Notes: a model not told the origin generated them from the letters alone. Numbered from the stretch's first letter, positions 29,036-43,029 are shown. The stretch is DNA of 64,000 bases from Paraspadella gotoi (GCA_051294375.1 CM119267.1:16484835-16548834); one strand, 5' to 3'. Made by a program: numbers and translations.

Positions 29036-32000
29036 CTGTCTAGTATCTTCTCTCTGTTTCTCATTACCAGCGTTCTTTGAAATCGATTCGGCGTTGCGCT
29101 TCTGTTCGACGTCGAAACAACTTTTAATCCACTTAATCGCCGTTGGAGGCCGCCGCTGGTCTCCTCCCTCGACGACGACGACAACGACGACGACGACGAA
29201 GATTCAAATCGAATTTTGTTTGTTGACATAAAAAGCTTCTTGCCTTTTGTTCGGAACAGCAGGGATGAAATTGAAATTTTAAACACGACTGGTTTTCAAT
29301 GTAACTCGAAATTGGAAGTAATTAAACGAAATCCTTTCACAGAAGCGTGAGCAAAACTGTCTCGTCCCGGTCCCATCTTTCTCTCTCTCTCTCTCTCTCT
29401 CCTTGCTTCCGTTTTTGTCTTTTTATGTTGATTTTTTCCTCTTCTCTTTCTTCTTTTTTGCCAACTCTTCTTTCTATCCCTCTTTCTCTCCAACGCATAC
29501 ACATTCCCCAGTGAAGGGGAGTGATCGCTCATAGTTTTCAAGCCCAATTAGTCTAACAGACCATAAAAACGTTTTGTAACAGCGGCTGATGACAGATAAA
29601 ACACAACCAGAACTTAATTGAAAAACGGAGTGAAAAGAATAAAAATGAAGGGAGGATGGGATGGAGAGAGAGAGAGAGAGAGANNNNNNNNNNNNNNNNN
29701 NNNNNNNNNNNNNNNNNNNNNNNNNNNNNNNNNNNNNNNNNNNNNNNNNNNNNNNNNNNNNNNNNNNNNNNNNNNNNNNNNNNNNNNNNNNNNNNNNNNN
29801 NNNNNNNNNNNNNNNNNNNNNNNNNNNNNNNNNNNNNNNNNNNNNNNNNNNNNGCAGCGACGTGTGAGAAAAAAACCCAGAAAATGATTCGGAAAAACAA
29901 AAGAACTTCTCCCGGAGAGAAAAGAGATATAAACGCATCTTCTGAGAGAAATGGCGGGAAATGTTTTTGCGACTTTCATTCGCTAGATGGCGCGGCGACG
30001 CCTAATCACCGACGCGGGGAAACAATAAACACAAAACAAAAGGCAAGAGTCGAAGGAATAAAAGGGAGGCGGCCGTGGCGGGCATAAGCGGTTTAATAAT
30101 AGAAGAAAAAAAAACGAAGGTCCAAAGAATACGTTAATTAAAAAAAAAAAGAGAGAATTGACCCATTAATTAAATCGAAAGTGGAAAAGCAAATAGAGGA
30201 CGGATGATCCTCGCGTTCGAACCTCGATTTTCGGCGCTCGTGGAAACCAAATTCTCGCCTCCAAATTCCAAATGAAAACAAAATCCGTCGCAAAGAAAAA
30301 CAAACAAAACCGAAAATGAAAAAAGAAAAAGAAAAAAGGGGAAAAAAGAAAAAAGTCAACAGACNNNNNNNNNNNNNNNNNNNNNNNNNNNNNNNNNNNN
30401 NNNNNNNNNNNNNNNNNNNNNNNNNNNNNNNNNNNNNNNNNNNNNNNNNNNNNNNNNNNNNNNNNNNNNNNNNNNNNNNNNNNNNNNNNNNNNNNNNNNN
30501 NNNNNNNNNNNNNNNNNNNNNNNNNNNNNNNNNNNNNNNNNNNNNNNNNNNNNNNNNNNNNNNNNNNNNNNNNNNNNNAAAAGAGAGATCGTAATGTAAC
30601 AAAATAAAAACGTGGAATAGAAAGAAAAAAAGCAATCACGAACTCTTAGTAGTATTTTTACTCAACTTTTTTGTTTCTCCCTTTTGTTCTTCTCGACTTT
30701 TTCTTCGTTTCTCCTCATCGACAGCAGGTGTCGCTTTCGCTCGAATCGACTTTCCTTCGGGAGGAAAAATCTCGGGGTTTTTCATCAAACAAAAGGAGAA
30801 GGAAGGGGAGAAGGAGANNNNNNNNNNNNNNNNNNNNNNNNNNNNNNNNNNNNNNNNNNNNNNNNNNNNNNNNNNNNNNNNNNNNNNNNNNNNNNNNNNN
30901 NNNNNNNNNNNNNNNNNNNNNNNNNNNNNNNNNNNNNNNNNNNNNNNNNNNNNNNNNNNNNNNNNNAAAGGGGATGAAAATGGCGGACGGAGGCGTTGAT
31001 GTCGCGGATTCGAGTTTAGCCTTTCGGAGTTTGATTAGCGGAATGAGATTGAAAATTGGTTGGAAATCTGTTTGGCGGGACGACGTTTTTATAAAAGAAA
31101 TATATATTTTTTCGCTATTATGTTTAATCTTTGAAAATAATTGTTAGTTAGGTATTTTTTGAGAGAAACTCGGTTGGTTCTAAATACTGCGAAAGGTTGG
31201 AATCTTCGTAAAATAATAGTAGTTGAAGATTTAAGAAAGTCATTGGCGTTTGTTATGATTCATTGGTGTTGTCGTTGTTGTTGTCTTTGTCGTTGTTGTG
31301 GTCGATTTTGATATTCATGTCATCATTAAGTTGGTCGTCGTCGTCGCCTTCTTTCCTCACCAACTTGCGCCGTCACACTTCTCTCCTTTTCGCGGAGAAA
31401 CGCGAAACTTCGTTAAGTCGGATCACGAGAAAAAAAAGAAGAAAATAAAATGAAAAAAAAAATATCACAAGGAAGGAAAAAAAAATATCATAATTCCCCT
31501 CGGCCTGGTCTCCGTTGATTACGTCGTTATCGTCGTCGTCTTCTTGGTCGTCGTCGTTATCGTCGTCTTCATCTTTTTTTCGAAAAAAAAAAAACGAAAG
31601 CGTTTTTACCGAGAGTGAGGTGATTATAAATCTCGGGACAAAGAAGACCACGCGACGACAGGCGAGTCGCTTGAGGTAAGTTAGGGTGAGGTGGGAGGGC
31701 GTGGCGGAAGTTAGGGGCGCGAGGACGAGGGCGGCGGGAATCGAGACGACGACGACGAGAAGAATCTTTGGCATCGAAGCGGAATTTCGAGAAATGAAGT
31801 CTTTGTTATGCGCCAGGTTGCATGGCGGAGGAGGAGGAGGAGGAAAGAGAAAGAGGAGGAGGAGGAGGAGGAGGAGGAGGAGGAGGAAAGAAAATGAAAG
31901 GAGGTGATGCTGGCGAATGATGAAGATATGGGAGGAGTTGTGAACAAAAAGGATGAGAGAAGGAAAGAAAGAAGGAAAAAAAGAAAGAGATAAGGTGAGA

Positions 32001-32119
32001 GAGAGAACCGAGGAGAACGAGAGGGTGCAAGGGAATACTGCGGAAGCTGGCCTCACTTTATTAAAAAAGAAAAACATAATAATAAACAAACAAAATGAGA
32101 GGAAAAACATTGTGGAGTA

Positions 32120-32470
32120 TGACGTCGAGGGGGCGCCGCCCGAGGCGAGAGAAAAAAAGGCGGCGCCGGCGCGGCGGCCCGGCGCGGCCGCGGCGCGGGC
32201 CGGCAGGCGGCGGCCGGCGGCGGCGGCCGCTGCCGGCGGCGCGGCCGACTTGCGCGGTCCGTGGAACGTCGAAAAAAAGAAACAAGAAGCAGCGCCATGC
32301 TCGGAAGTTTTTGCTGCGGGGGGTGGGGGGAGGGAGGGGGAGGGGGAAGTCGCGGCCTGGCTCGGGTTAAGTTGTCCGAGCTTCGTACGCCCCGCCCGAT
32401 GGGCCGTCGCTTTTGCGCTCCCGACCTGGCACCGCAAGCCCCCGACGACCAGACGACGCGAGCCGAAGAA
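32120..32470. promoter_or_regulatory. Extreme GC/CpG island; candidate promoter or first exon
   Basis: 32161-32220 has 59 of 60 bases G/C in an AT-rich window. Minus-strand ATG at 32298 and possible donor AA|GTGAGG at 32056. Confidence 0.45.
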
Positions 32471-33169
32471 GGAAAGAAAATAGGAAAAGGACCGAGAGTG
32501 GATGACGATTATTAGTTTTTTTTTTATTTTAAACGGAGAATAAAAACCGCATCTTCGTTGCGTTTTTAAAATTCATTGTGTGTCCTATTTTTGTCGCTTG
32601 AGCCTTAAATTAGAAACCGTCCGGAGAATAAAAATAATTACAGTGGGTCGTTCAAAAGGGGAGTTTGTAAGAATATTTTACAGTGCCTTTATTTTTGATA
32701 TTTGCGTTTTTTTAAGAGGTTGACGAGGGGACTACGAACTGTAAGTTGAAAGTGATTCTAAACGTTAAAAATAACTTAGAACATTAAATGGATATATTAT
32801 CTTCTTGGTGGAGGCACGCTATCTTTATCCCCCGTCAAAAATCCCACAATTTTCCTTTCTCGACGACAATAACTCGTAATAAAAGACTAACGTCGACGAG
32901 TTAGCACACTATGGGAAGTGATAACAACCTTGGTTCGGACTTCTCAATCTGTTGTTTTCTCTTTTTCATAATTAAAGTGATTATGTCACAGGGATTTCCT
33001 AGAAGAAATAAAAGGAGCCGGCGCCCGGGGTGGAGGTGGCGGTGGGTGGCCCGGAGACGAGACAAGGAATTTGTAAGACCGAGAGGTTTGGGGCGGGAGT
33101 CGGAGAGTCTTGGTGGAGTGGGTGGTCATGAGGAATGCGGATGGAAAGAAAAAATAAAAGGTGGAAATA

Positions 33170-35250
33170 ATGAAAATGAAAGACGGAGGAGGAAACAGGG
33201 AAGGGGAAGCAAAGAGGCGGGGAGGTTCGATAGGGATGAATGCGAGCGCGGATTTCGTGAAGAAAGTAATTAGCCTTTTCGGCAAGAAAACAAGGGAAGA
33301 AAGAAAGTGTTGAATAATTAGGGACGGAAGAGAAAATGGGAGAGTTAAGGAAAAAATATTCCGGAAGTAAGATTTTGGAATCTTTCGGTCTTCGGAGATA
33401 ATTCTGTTTTTATGGCGGCGGCACAAACGTTTTCTTATAATTATCAAAAAGAAGAAATAGTATACAATTTCTAAATTCAGGACGAAGCCATACGCACACG
33501 GTATTCATGATGTCTTAATCTTTTGAAAAAAATTTGTTAGTTAGGTATTTTTGAACGTGAGAGAAAATAAATGACTCAGATGTTCGCTTAAAGGGTTTCC
33601 TAAATTACTGCGACCCAATCGAAAATAACTTTTGTCTTTAAAAATATACGTCATAAGAATCGTTCTTTTTCTCTCTTGGCTACCTCCTCTCCTCTACCTC
33701 TCTTCTCCTCCCTCTCTCCTCTCTCCTCTGCCTTTCCTTTCCTTTTTTTTCCTTATACTTTCCGTGCCAAGGACGGAGAAAAATAATTCCTCAATATTTT
33801 TTTTAATTTAAAGTCCCTCTAGTGTTGACCCGTTGAACCTGTTATCCCTCTAAGAGAGTTGCATATTTGGCTGAGAGAACCGTAATTGATAAATGAGAGA
33901 ATGAGAAGAGAGTTTCATTGAGGGTGGTATGTCGGTTTGGTTAGGTGATTGTCTTTGTCGTTGATGTTGGATCGATTTTTTGTGATATCTCATGTCCATT
34001 CATTAAGTTGGGTCGTCCCGTCCCGTCCGCGTGGCCCTTCTTTCCGAGAGAAAGAAAAATCACCAACTTGGGACGGCCGTCACACAACTTGCTTCTCCTC
34101 TATGTCGCTGAGAAGGGAAGAGAAGACGCCTGACAACTTCGTTAAGTCGCGGATCACGGAGAAAAAAAAGAAGAAAAATATGAAGAATAATAGTTTAAAG
34201 AATGAGAAAGAAAAAAAATGATCAGCTAATGAAAGACTTGATTGGCGACCGAAAAACCCAATATCATCTGAATTTGGAACCCGCCCCTTCCCCCCTCGGC
34301 CGTCCTGCCCTGGTCTCCGTTTATTACCGTCGTTTATTCGCGTCGTTTTACGTTCGTTTTCATTGGGAAATTTTCGTTGGCCGTCCCCGTTGATCCCCGT
34401 TGCTTGCCTCGATCTTCATCTTTTTTTCGAAAAAAAAAAAAAAAAAAAAAACTAGAATTGGCTAAATTTGCCCGTTCCAAGTCTGATTCCCCGTTTACCG
34501 ACGCGCTAGTTCCGATGGAGTCGATTAAATAAATACTCAAAATTCCCAACAAGTGAAATCGGGGGTCCAAACAGAAGAAAGAGCCACGCGACGACAGTGC
34601 GAGAGTCACTTGAGGGTAAGTTAGACTGTCGTGTGAACGGTGGGAAGGATGCGTGGCGGGAAAGTGTATGGGCGCGTGAGGACGTGAGGTGCCTCGATGG
34701 GCGGGCGGGAATCGAAGGGACGTACCACGACGAGAAGAAATCTTTTTTGGCATCGAAGGCGGAATTTCGAGAAATGAAGTTCTTTGTTATGCCGCCAGGT
34801 TGCATGGCGGAGGAGGGAGGGAGGAGGAAAAGAGAAAGAGAAGAGGCAGGATGGAGGAGAGAGGAGGAGGAGAGGAGGAGGGGAGGATAAGAAAATGAAA
34901 GGAGGTGATGCTGGGGCGAATGATGAAGATAGGGAGAAGGACAGGAGTTGTTGAAAACAAAAGGAAATGGATGAGAGAAGGAAAAAGAAAGAAGCGGGAA
35001 AAACAAGAAAGAGATAAGTGAGAGATGAGAACCGAGGAGTGAGGCTTCCCGTGTCCGAGGGATACGAGAGGGTGCAAGGGTAAAATACGCTGGAAGGCTG
35101 GGGGGGGAAGCGCGCCTCACTTTTAAATAAAAAAAAGAGGAAGAGAAAACGATTATAACTGAGACCTGTAAAACAAAGCAAATAAAATGAGTGTTCCGAG
35201 GAAGAAAGTACATGTGGCGAGTATGAGCGGTCGAGGGGGCGGCCGCTCCC
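33170..35250 (+). repeat. Insertion-riddled copy of about 30970-32140 (probable raw long-read sequence)
   Basis: Anchors in the same order: TTGTTAGTTAGGTATTTTT, CATTAAGTTGG, CACCAACTTG, AACTTCGTTAAGTCG, CCACGCGACGACAG, GCGGAATTTCGAGAAATGAAGT, CGCCAGGTTGCATGGCGGAGGAG, GTCGAGGGGGCG. About 1.2 kb is expanded to about 2.1 kb. Confidence 0.85.
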
Positions 35251-36948
35251 GGATGGTGCGAGGGGAGTGAAAGAGAGAGAACCAAAAAAGATGGGGAAGT
35301 CGAATGGGGGAAAGACGACGGAAAGGTTGCGACGAAGGGAGGAAAAAAAAGGGGGGTCCTCAAAAATTTACGTTTTTTTAAAAGATACGGTATATTTGGA
35401 AATAGTTGACGAGGCAGGAGAGAGAAAAAGAGAGAGAGAGAGAGAGAAGGAGAGAATGAGGACGAGCGGAGAGAGGGTGGGGAGAGAGTAGGAGAGGTGA
35501 CGAAGGAGAGAGAACTTGGCAGGGCAAGAGCACGCACGGATCGGAGAGAGGGAGAGAGGGTGGACAGGTTGATGTAATGCTTGATTCCCAGGAGGAAACA
35601 TGAGAAGTTGGAAGACGAAGGGTAGAGAGGAAGGAGCTGAGACGAGAGAGAGAGAATATACGCGGGGAAGATGGAATGAGAAGCGGGTCCCTGTGACGAG
35701 CCGTTAAAAGGGAAAGACGAAGAGTGAGAGGGTAGGAGCCAGCGTAAAAATGGGTGGGGTGGCGTAAGGAGATTCGCGAAAAAAGAGTCGCCATTTTTAG
35801 GAGGACGACGGTCCCCGAAACCCCCGAAGGGGAGATACCCATCAGAAAGTTGCGGCTAGTAAAGCGAAAAAGTATGCCGCGCAAATGGATTTTCGGAATG
35901 GAACGAAGCTTTCGGCGAGGTGGAGCACGTGTCGAGACGAAAAAAAAAGGAAATGCGCGTAAGGGAAAAAAAATAAGGAAAAGGCGACAAAAATGGGGTG
36001 TTAATAAGAAACTTCCCATTCCGTAACCGAGATGGGGGAGGGTGGATGGAAAAATGTTTGTTCAAAAGAATTTGGAAAGAAGAAGAAGAAGAAAAGACAG
36101 AAGGAAAAGAGAAGGAGAGAAAAATGAATAAGTTAGGAAATGAAAAGGAGGAAAGACGCCCGGAAAAGACGTAAAGAGTGAGAGAGGGAGAAACGAGTGA
36201 GGTAGAGATGAAGAGAAGAGGAGAGAGGAGAGAGAGACGAGAGGAGTTTAAAGAAGTAGAGAGAGGAAAGGAAAAGAAGAATTGAGGAGAGGAGGGGGAA
36301 GAGAGGAATTTCTGCGTGCGAGGAAATATTAAAAAACGAGAATAAGGCCCCGTGTCACATTAACGGCGCTATTAGGAACTTGAAATTGAAAGAGAGTTGA
36401 AATTTAATTTAGCCCGAATGGCCGTAGAGGGATGAAACAAGAATCAGATATAAATGAGAGCGGTAGAACAGTTTCGCCAGTTGAGTGGATCGAGAATCCA
36501 ACAAACAGAAAAGAAGTGAAGTAAATGGCTGGGCTAAAGCGAACCCAAGGGACCCAAAATAAAGAGACAGCCCACAGTGGAACGAAAAAAGCATCGAGAC
36601 TGGGAAACTAAATACTAAATAAGAAAAGGAAGAGGAGAAAGAGAGACACAAGAAAGAAGAAGAGAAGAGAGAGAGGAGAGAAGAATGAGAAAAGTAGGAG
36701 AGAGAGTTAGAGAAGGAGAGAGAGAGNNNNNNNNNNNNNNNNNNNNNNNNNAGAGAGAGAGAGAGACGTGGTCTGTCAAACGCGGGATTGTTCCTCCCTG
36801 ATGGTTCCACACTTTCAGAGTCTTGGCATTACAAGGTGTGACAAAAGGATTTTCCCGCGAAAATGGAAAGAAGTTGAAAAGTGGAAAAAAAGAGAGAAAG
36901 AAAATGAATGGAAGGAAAAAATCCATTTCCGAGAAAAGAGGAAAAGAG

Positions 36949-37781
36949 ACGCCATCTGTGGCACCGGAGACGGCGGAGACACTTTGGAGTCGCTTTATCA
37001 AACAAACAAAAAGTTGCGCATCGTTGTTTGCAAAATCGCTGTCAAATCGCAAATATCAAATCTTCTTAACAAAAGATAAATGCCAATTTATTCTCGAGGA
37101 CTTGAAAAAAAAATCTTCGATCCTGTATTCGTTGAGATAACGACGACGCCGCTTAAAATGGCGCCGTTGGATGAGACGATGACTTCCGTTGGCAGGGGCG
37201 GCGGTGGCTGCAGCGGCTGAAGCGGCGGCGGCCATCTTACAACGAAGTGTGAACAAACTAGTAGAATAAGATATCCAAAAAATGCTAAACATGAATAATG
37301 ATTCATGATGCTAGAATATTCAGCAAACGAAATCGCTCAACTTCAACTTGGTTAATTAAATCCAAATTCAGCGTCGCATACTCCTACGCCGGCCAAAGAT
37401 GGCGCCGTTGCATGACTCGATTCTCGTTGCCTTCTCTCAACTCACCATCGTCGACGCCACATAATCGGGATTTAATCGGATTTCCGGCGAAAGAAAAATT
37501 GAAAAAAAATGTGTTTTTTTTTTTCAGAATATAATTCCAATGGTTGATTTCTTTAAAAGTCTTTGAGAATATATATCGACATTATTGGCTGACGTAAAAA
37601 GCTTCGGTAATCAGATAAAAATAAATTTAATTTAATAACTAATGTTTAAATTAAAATTCAGCCAGAAAAAAACAATAGCATCATCGGAAAAGACGCCATC
37701 TTTGAGTCGTCACTTTAAACTCAGTCGTTCGAAAAGGCGACATCTGGCGGAGCTGGGCGCCACATCGAGCCCCTCTATCGG
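36949..37781. promoter_or_regulatory. Cluster of YY1/PHO-like and CTCF-like motifs
   Basis: CGCCATCT 36950, AAAATGGCG 37155, GCGGCCATCTT 37228, AAGATGGCG 37396, CGCCATCTT 37694, and GCGACATCTGGCGG 37737-37750 (CCGCCAGATGTCGC on the minus strand). Confidence 0.4.
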
Positions 37782-40602
37782 CCAGAGGGGAAAGATAAAA
37801 GGGCAGAACTAAACAAAGTCTTGTCGATAAACCAATAATCGAAGGAGGACGAGCGAGGACGAACCGGCAATGACGACGACTGACGACGACGACGACGAAG
37901 ACGACGACGACGAGAACTAAAAAAAGACGAATTTTACGATGAAATTGATGATGATAAACCCGACGAATTTGACATCGACTGTCGAGACAGGAACGACGAC
38001 GACGACGACGACGAAGACGACGAGGACGACGACGAAGACGACGACGAAGACGACTTTCGTTTCTTTCAATTACGTCGCAATATCTCTCGCTATTATTTAT
38101 GCAGTCGACAGTCATTTGGTTTCATTATTCGGTGTCGACATATTTTGTCGTCGGCGTCGTCGTCGTTATCGTCGTCGTCGCCGTTTAAAGTCGAAATTCC
38201 AACTGCGTTATTCATTCATTTAATTTTTCTTTAACCCTAGCGATTTGAAAAATTTCTCACGCAATTTCACTTTTTGGAATTAATTAGAAATTTTGACTTT
38301 AAATAATATTGTTTTAAAAAATATCTCGCGATCTCCGAAACCTAAATACGCTACTAAACAAACAAAATTCTAATTTGCCAATGATGATGATAATTTATTT
38401 TCCTGAAAGTTAGAAACAAAAATATCTAGATATATCCGTTACATAATCATCCTCCTCTTAATCGACAACTATAACAGAAAAGAAAAACGCGATAGTTTTC
38501 CTTCATCATAAATGACAAAATGAGGACAACTGAAAGAAAAAAAAAAGAAAGAAAGAAAAAAGGGAGAGCGTCAAGCGGTGAAAGTCACAAATCAATCAAA
38601 GTGAAGAGAAGAAAAGAGAAGTCGCCTCAACTAGATGTCGCTTCCGAGCCAAGGAGGAAAACAAGAGAGAGANNNNNNNNNNNNNNNNNNNNNNNNNAGA
38701 AGAAGAAGAATCGAGCATACGACTCACGATGACCCGACGCATCTCACACACACTCTCACCGAAGATATTATAAAACCGATCTAAACGTATTAGATTAAAC
38801 CGTTGACGCATAATTATTACCCCTAAACAAGTTTTCGACCAAATCATTTACTGTTAAATCCGAGTTGCATGGTGAAAAAAGATTTCTCGATTGTTTCTCA
38901 CTTAATTGATCTCTCTCTCTATTCTTCTCAACTCCTCCATCTTCCTCCATTCCTACAGTCTTTTTTTATTCCCGCTGACCGCCGCCAGCGCTGATCCCCT
39001 TATTCTCTCCCCATTCTCCCACCCTCTCTCTTCTCTCTCTCATCCATCTCTCTCTCTTCCTCTCTCCTCTCTCTCTCTCCTCTCTCTCTCATTCAAAAAA
39101 AAAAAAAAAAATCCTTTTCGACGTCGCAGAAAGACCCCTTCTTTTTTTTCGTCCCTCAGCTTTCGCTCATCAATGCAATTATTCAAGACCGCTCTCTGTA
39201 ATATCGTATGAGTACGCGGAATCGCGAAAATAAATCCGATAGAACGTTCGCCTCAGCTTGTGCGGCCCGAACGCCGCACACGCTGCCTGCGTGTCGGAGC
39301 CGCCGCCGAGGTCGAACGGTCATCGGCGGTCGCGCCCGCAACAGAGTTATCAGAGCGGGACGACCGCACTCTGCGGACAGACAGAACCCGGAATGGAACT
39401 GCGCGGCGAGACCAGACTCACCCTCTGAAATATCTACCTCCTTTTTTTTCCCCCATTATTTTTCCCTCCTTCTATTTTTTTTTTTTCCTTCCTCCTCATT
39501 AATTCAAATGTATTCCTTATTTTTTCTTTTTTTATTTTTGTTTTCTTCCTTTCTCTGCCTTTACTTTAGTTTTCTTTCAAATCCTTCTTCCTCCCTTTCG
39601 TGCATTTTTCCTAACTCTTGATTCTTCCATTTTAACTAGAACTTTCTTAATTGCCTTCCCAATTTCGGTAACTGTATTATTTTCCTTTTTTTCCCTTCAT
39701 CCCTCCTCCCCCTTCCTTCCTTTCTTCTCCTCTCCTTCCTTCCTTCCTCCTTCCCTTCCTTCTCCGTCCTTCCTTCTTTCTCCTTCTTCTCCTTCCTTCC
39801 CTTCCTTCCTCTTCCTTTCCTCTTTTTTTCCCTCCACCTCCTGGTTCTTTTTTCTATCCTCCCTTCCTTCTATCCTTTCCTACCCTTCTTTCTAAACCCC
39901 CTCCTCCTCCTCCTCCTTCCTCCTTTCTCCCTCCAAACCGCTTCGTCCATTACGTCCCATTTCCTGTTTCCGGCATTCGTCCTCAGAGATTACCTCCATT
40001 CCTTCCTTTCCTCTCTTCCGCCCAAAACTCTCTAAAATCGCTTTCTTCCGATCGCCGAAATGGAAACAGGGACCAGGAAGAGAGGGCGAAGCAAAGTCGC
40101 TCTCCCGACGTTTTTTCATTTCCGAGTTTTTTTTATATTTAACTAGGATTTTTAATGTAATCGGAATTTTGTTTTTATAAAAAACGGCGTGCTCTCGTTG
40201 ATACGGTTTCCGCCTTTTTCTTTTTCTCCCCTCTTCCTGCTCCAATTTTTTCGTCCGGTCCAAACTTTTTAATTCGCTCTGTTCTTCCATTGAAAAAAAC
40301 GTTCCCGCCTTTTTCTCCAGTTTATTTCTCCAACTTTTTCCCCTGTTTTTCTATTGACCCCTGTCGATTTCCCTGCCTAATTTCGCGAGAGACTTTTGGG
40401 TCTTTTCCTTAACCCCTCGATGACCCCCTGTTCAACCCCAAATGTTCCCATCGAATTCTCCCTTGGGCACCCCGAGCCGGTTCTCATCCCCCCTCTTGCC
40501 GACGCGGCACGCGTCCCGGCCCCGGTTTCGATGCTTAAAGAAGACGTCGAATTTTTTTTTTCCTATCCTTTTCTTTAGAAGAGAGAGAGAAGGAGAAGAG
40601 AG

Positions 40603-40638
<36 letters not shown>

Positions 40639-41789
40639 GACTTTTGAAAACATAAAAAGACAGAAAAGCCACAGTAAGCGTAGAAAATTTGCATGAATAT
40701 TTGACAAAAAATCAAGAGAGAAGAAGAAAGAGATTGAAAAAAACAGTAAGAAGAGAGAGAGAGAGGAAGAAAGGAGAGAAGAGAAGTATGAGAGGGAGTA
40801 GAAGAAGATTGCGTACGAGAGAGAAAAAGAGAGGAGAAGAGAGAAAGAGACAATCAACATAGACGTAAATTGACTGGGGCAATAGCTGTTTGATGTGTCG
40901 AAAAAAAGAGTTCAAGGTTGGACTGGGAACTCGGAATTCTCCCGCAACAAAAAAAGACTAAAAAAGAGGCAGAAGAACCAAAAAAAAATTGATCTATAAA
41001 TTAGGAATTTACTAGGAGTAATGTACGATTGAAAGAATCCTTTTTGGGGGCCGCCCCTTGCCATATTCCTTTTTTATCAATTAAAAATTTCTATGAGTCG
41101 TATCGTGTTTTTTTCATTTCTCCTTGAAGAAAAAAATTTAAAATCAATTTCGCTTATTAAATTATATTTATCGTGCTGTTAAGACGGGTTAAAAGGAAAA
41201 ACGCTAAAAGAAATTAAATACAAAGTCTCTGTATGTCCGAACAATATAACGTTTGTTCTTTTTGGGGGGGGCGTTTAATTGTTTTCCTATTCGAAAAAAC
41301 CCAAGTTTTCGGGTTTTTCTTATTTCACCCTTGCGAAAGTCCTATAATCTCCTGACCCCCAAAACATAGTTCCGTTCGCCGTATCCAACCCAACTCTCGA
41401 GCCTGCGGTTCGCACGTCCATCTCCACTCATCTGCCCATTTTTCCTTTGACCTTCTTTCTCTTATCCCCTAATACCTAATTTTTTTTTCAGACTCTTTCT
41501 CCATATTTTACTTTTCCTCTCGATACGTTCTTTTACAATTTTACTTTTGTTTGCATATTGCGTTATATCTCCATATTTACTACCCTTTAAACTTTACCCA
41601 CTTTCTCTCGCCTTTATTTTAAGTAGCCTTTCCCCAAATTTCCTCCCACCCTACCCTTCATCGATCTTCCCTTTTCCCACCTTTTTTTTTTCCTGCATCT
41701 TCCCGGTCCGTTTTTAACTCTTCCACTGAAGTTCCTATGACAAACGCGAACCTTTAGATTTTGGCTTCGTGTTCTTCTGGGAACTTGGG

Positions 41790-41908
41790 CAGAAATTTGC
41801 CTTCACGGATTCATTCCCTCTTTGGTTCCTGGCCGAATTTTTCCGCTTCGTCAGAATTTGCCTTCACGGATTCATCCACTGCCCTCTTTGTTCCTGGCCG
41901 ACATTTTT
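41790..41908. repeat. Approximately 62-bp imperfect tandem duplication
   Basis: CAGAA(A)TTTGCCTTCACGGATTCAT...CCCTCTTTG(G)TTCCTGGCCGA..TTTTT x2. Confidence 0.85.
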
Positions 41909-42969
41909 GTTCAATCTCTATTCATTTTTTCGTAACTCCTTCAACAATGTTTCTTTTTATTTGGAAAAATTTTTGGTTGCAATAAATGATACAAAAATTT
42001 ACGTAAGGTTGCAATTACTCCTTTTATAAGAGGAATTTGCGTTGAAGTTCACTGATTCAGATGAGCCTCATTGTAACGGCTAAGCTTCGTAAAAACAGAT
42101 TCAAATTTTTCAAATCAAAAATTTAAACTGTAACGGTAAGTTTAAAGAAAAGCTCTTCTCAGTTCGATCAACACTAATTTCGCTGGATTATTTTTGAACA
42201 CGAACCTAAATTAAAAAAAAAAGTAATAAAGTGAATTTAAACAATGGATTCAGAAAAAAAACAAACGAACCAAAGCAACGTTCGTACATCATTATAAAAA
42301 CTTGCCCGCCCGCCGTCATCGTAGTTAAGAAGCCTTCGATTACAAATTTCCTATTTTCCCCACGCGTGAGAGGAAGAGAGAGAGAGAGAGGAGAGAGAAG
42401 AAGAGAGAGAGAGGAGAGAGAAGAGAGAGAGAGAGAAGAGAGACGAGAAGAAGAGAGAGAGAGAAGAGAAGAGAGAAGAGAAGACGCCAGACCATCTGTG
42501 TCTCTCTCTTCGTATCGCGCATTATGCAAACGAATGGCCTCGTCACGGCCCGGGACGTCGGACCGCCTCAGGATTATGCGCTCGTTCAGAAACCGGCGTC
42601 AAAACAATGAGGCTTAACATTTACCGCGGGTCGGCCCGAACGAATTAAAAAGAAACTCGCGTTCGTCCAGGGAACTTCGATCTGTGAACGCGGACTGCCT
42701 GCTGAGCAGAGAATCGCCCTTGGGGAATGCTGTGGTCGTCTTCTGTTGATGAGATTGTTTATTCTGTATTCGTTAATTCCATTTTTACTTTCGTGAGACC
42801 AAAGAAGCTACAAATTGGAAAAAGGCTAGTCTCGAAAAAGAAAGTATACGTCTGCTTACTTTGGTTTCGAGATATCTTTTTCTTAGGAATTGGTGTGGAG
42901 AGAAAAAAAGAAGGTAGAAAAGCGGTGCAAAAGGAGAGAGAGAGAGAGAAGAGAGAGAGAGAAGAGAGG

Positions 42970-43029
<60 letters not shown>

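Noticed and set aside
31373-32437. 354-aa minus-strand ORF, and the 343-aa ORF at 34506-35537
   Set aside because: Stop-poor pyrimidine-rich low-complexity strand with no domain. The second ORF lies in the noisy duplicate.
39412-39430. Possible 3-nt minus-strand micro-exon TTTCAG|AGG|GTGAGT, and a 7-nt candidate near 27913
   Set aside because: No polypyrimidine tract upstream. The first lies in error-rich sequence, and such matches are expected by chance.
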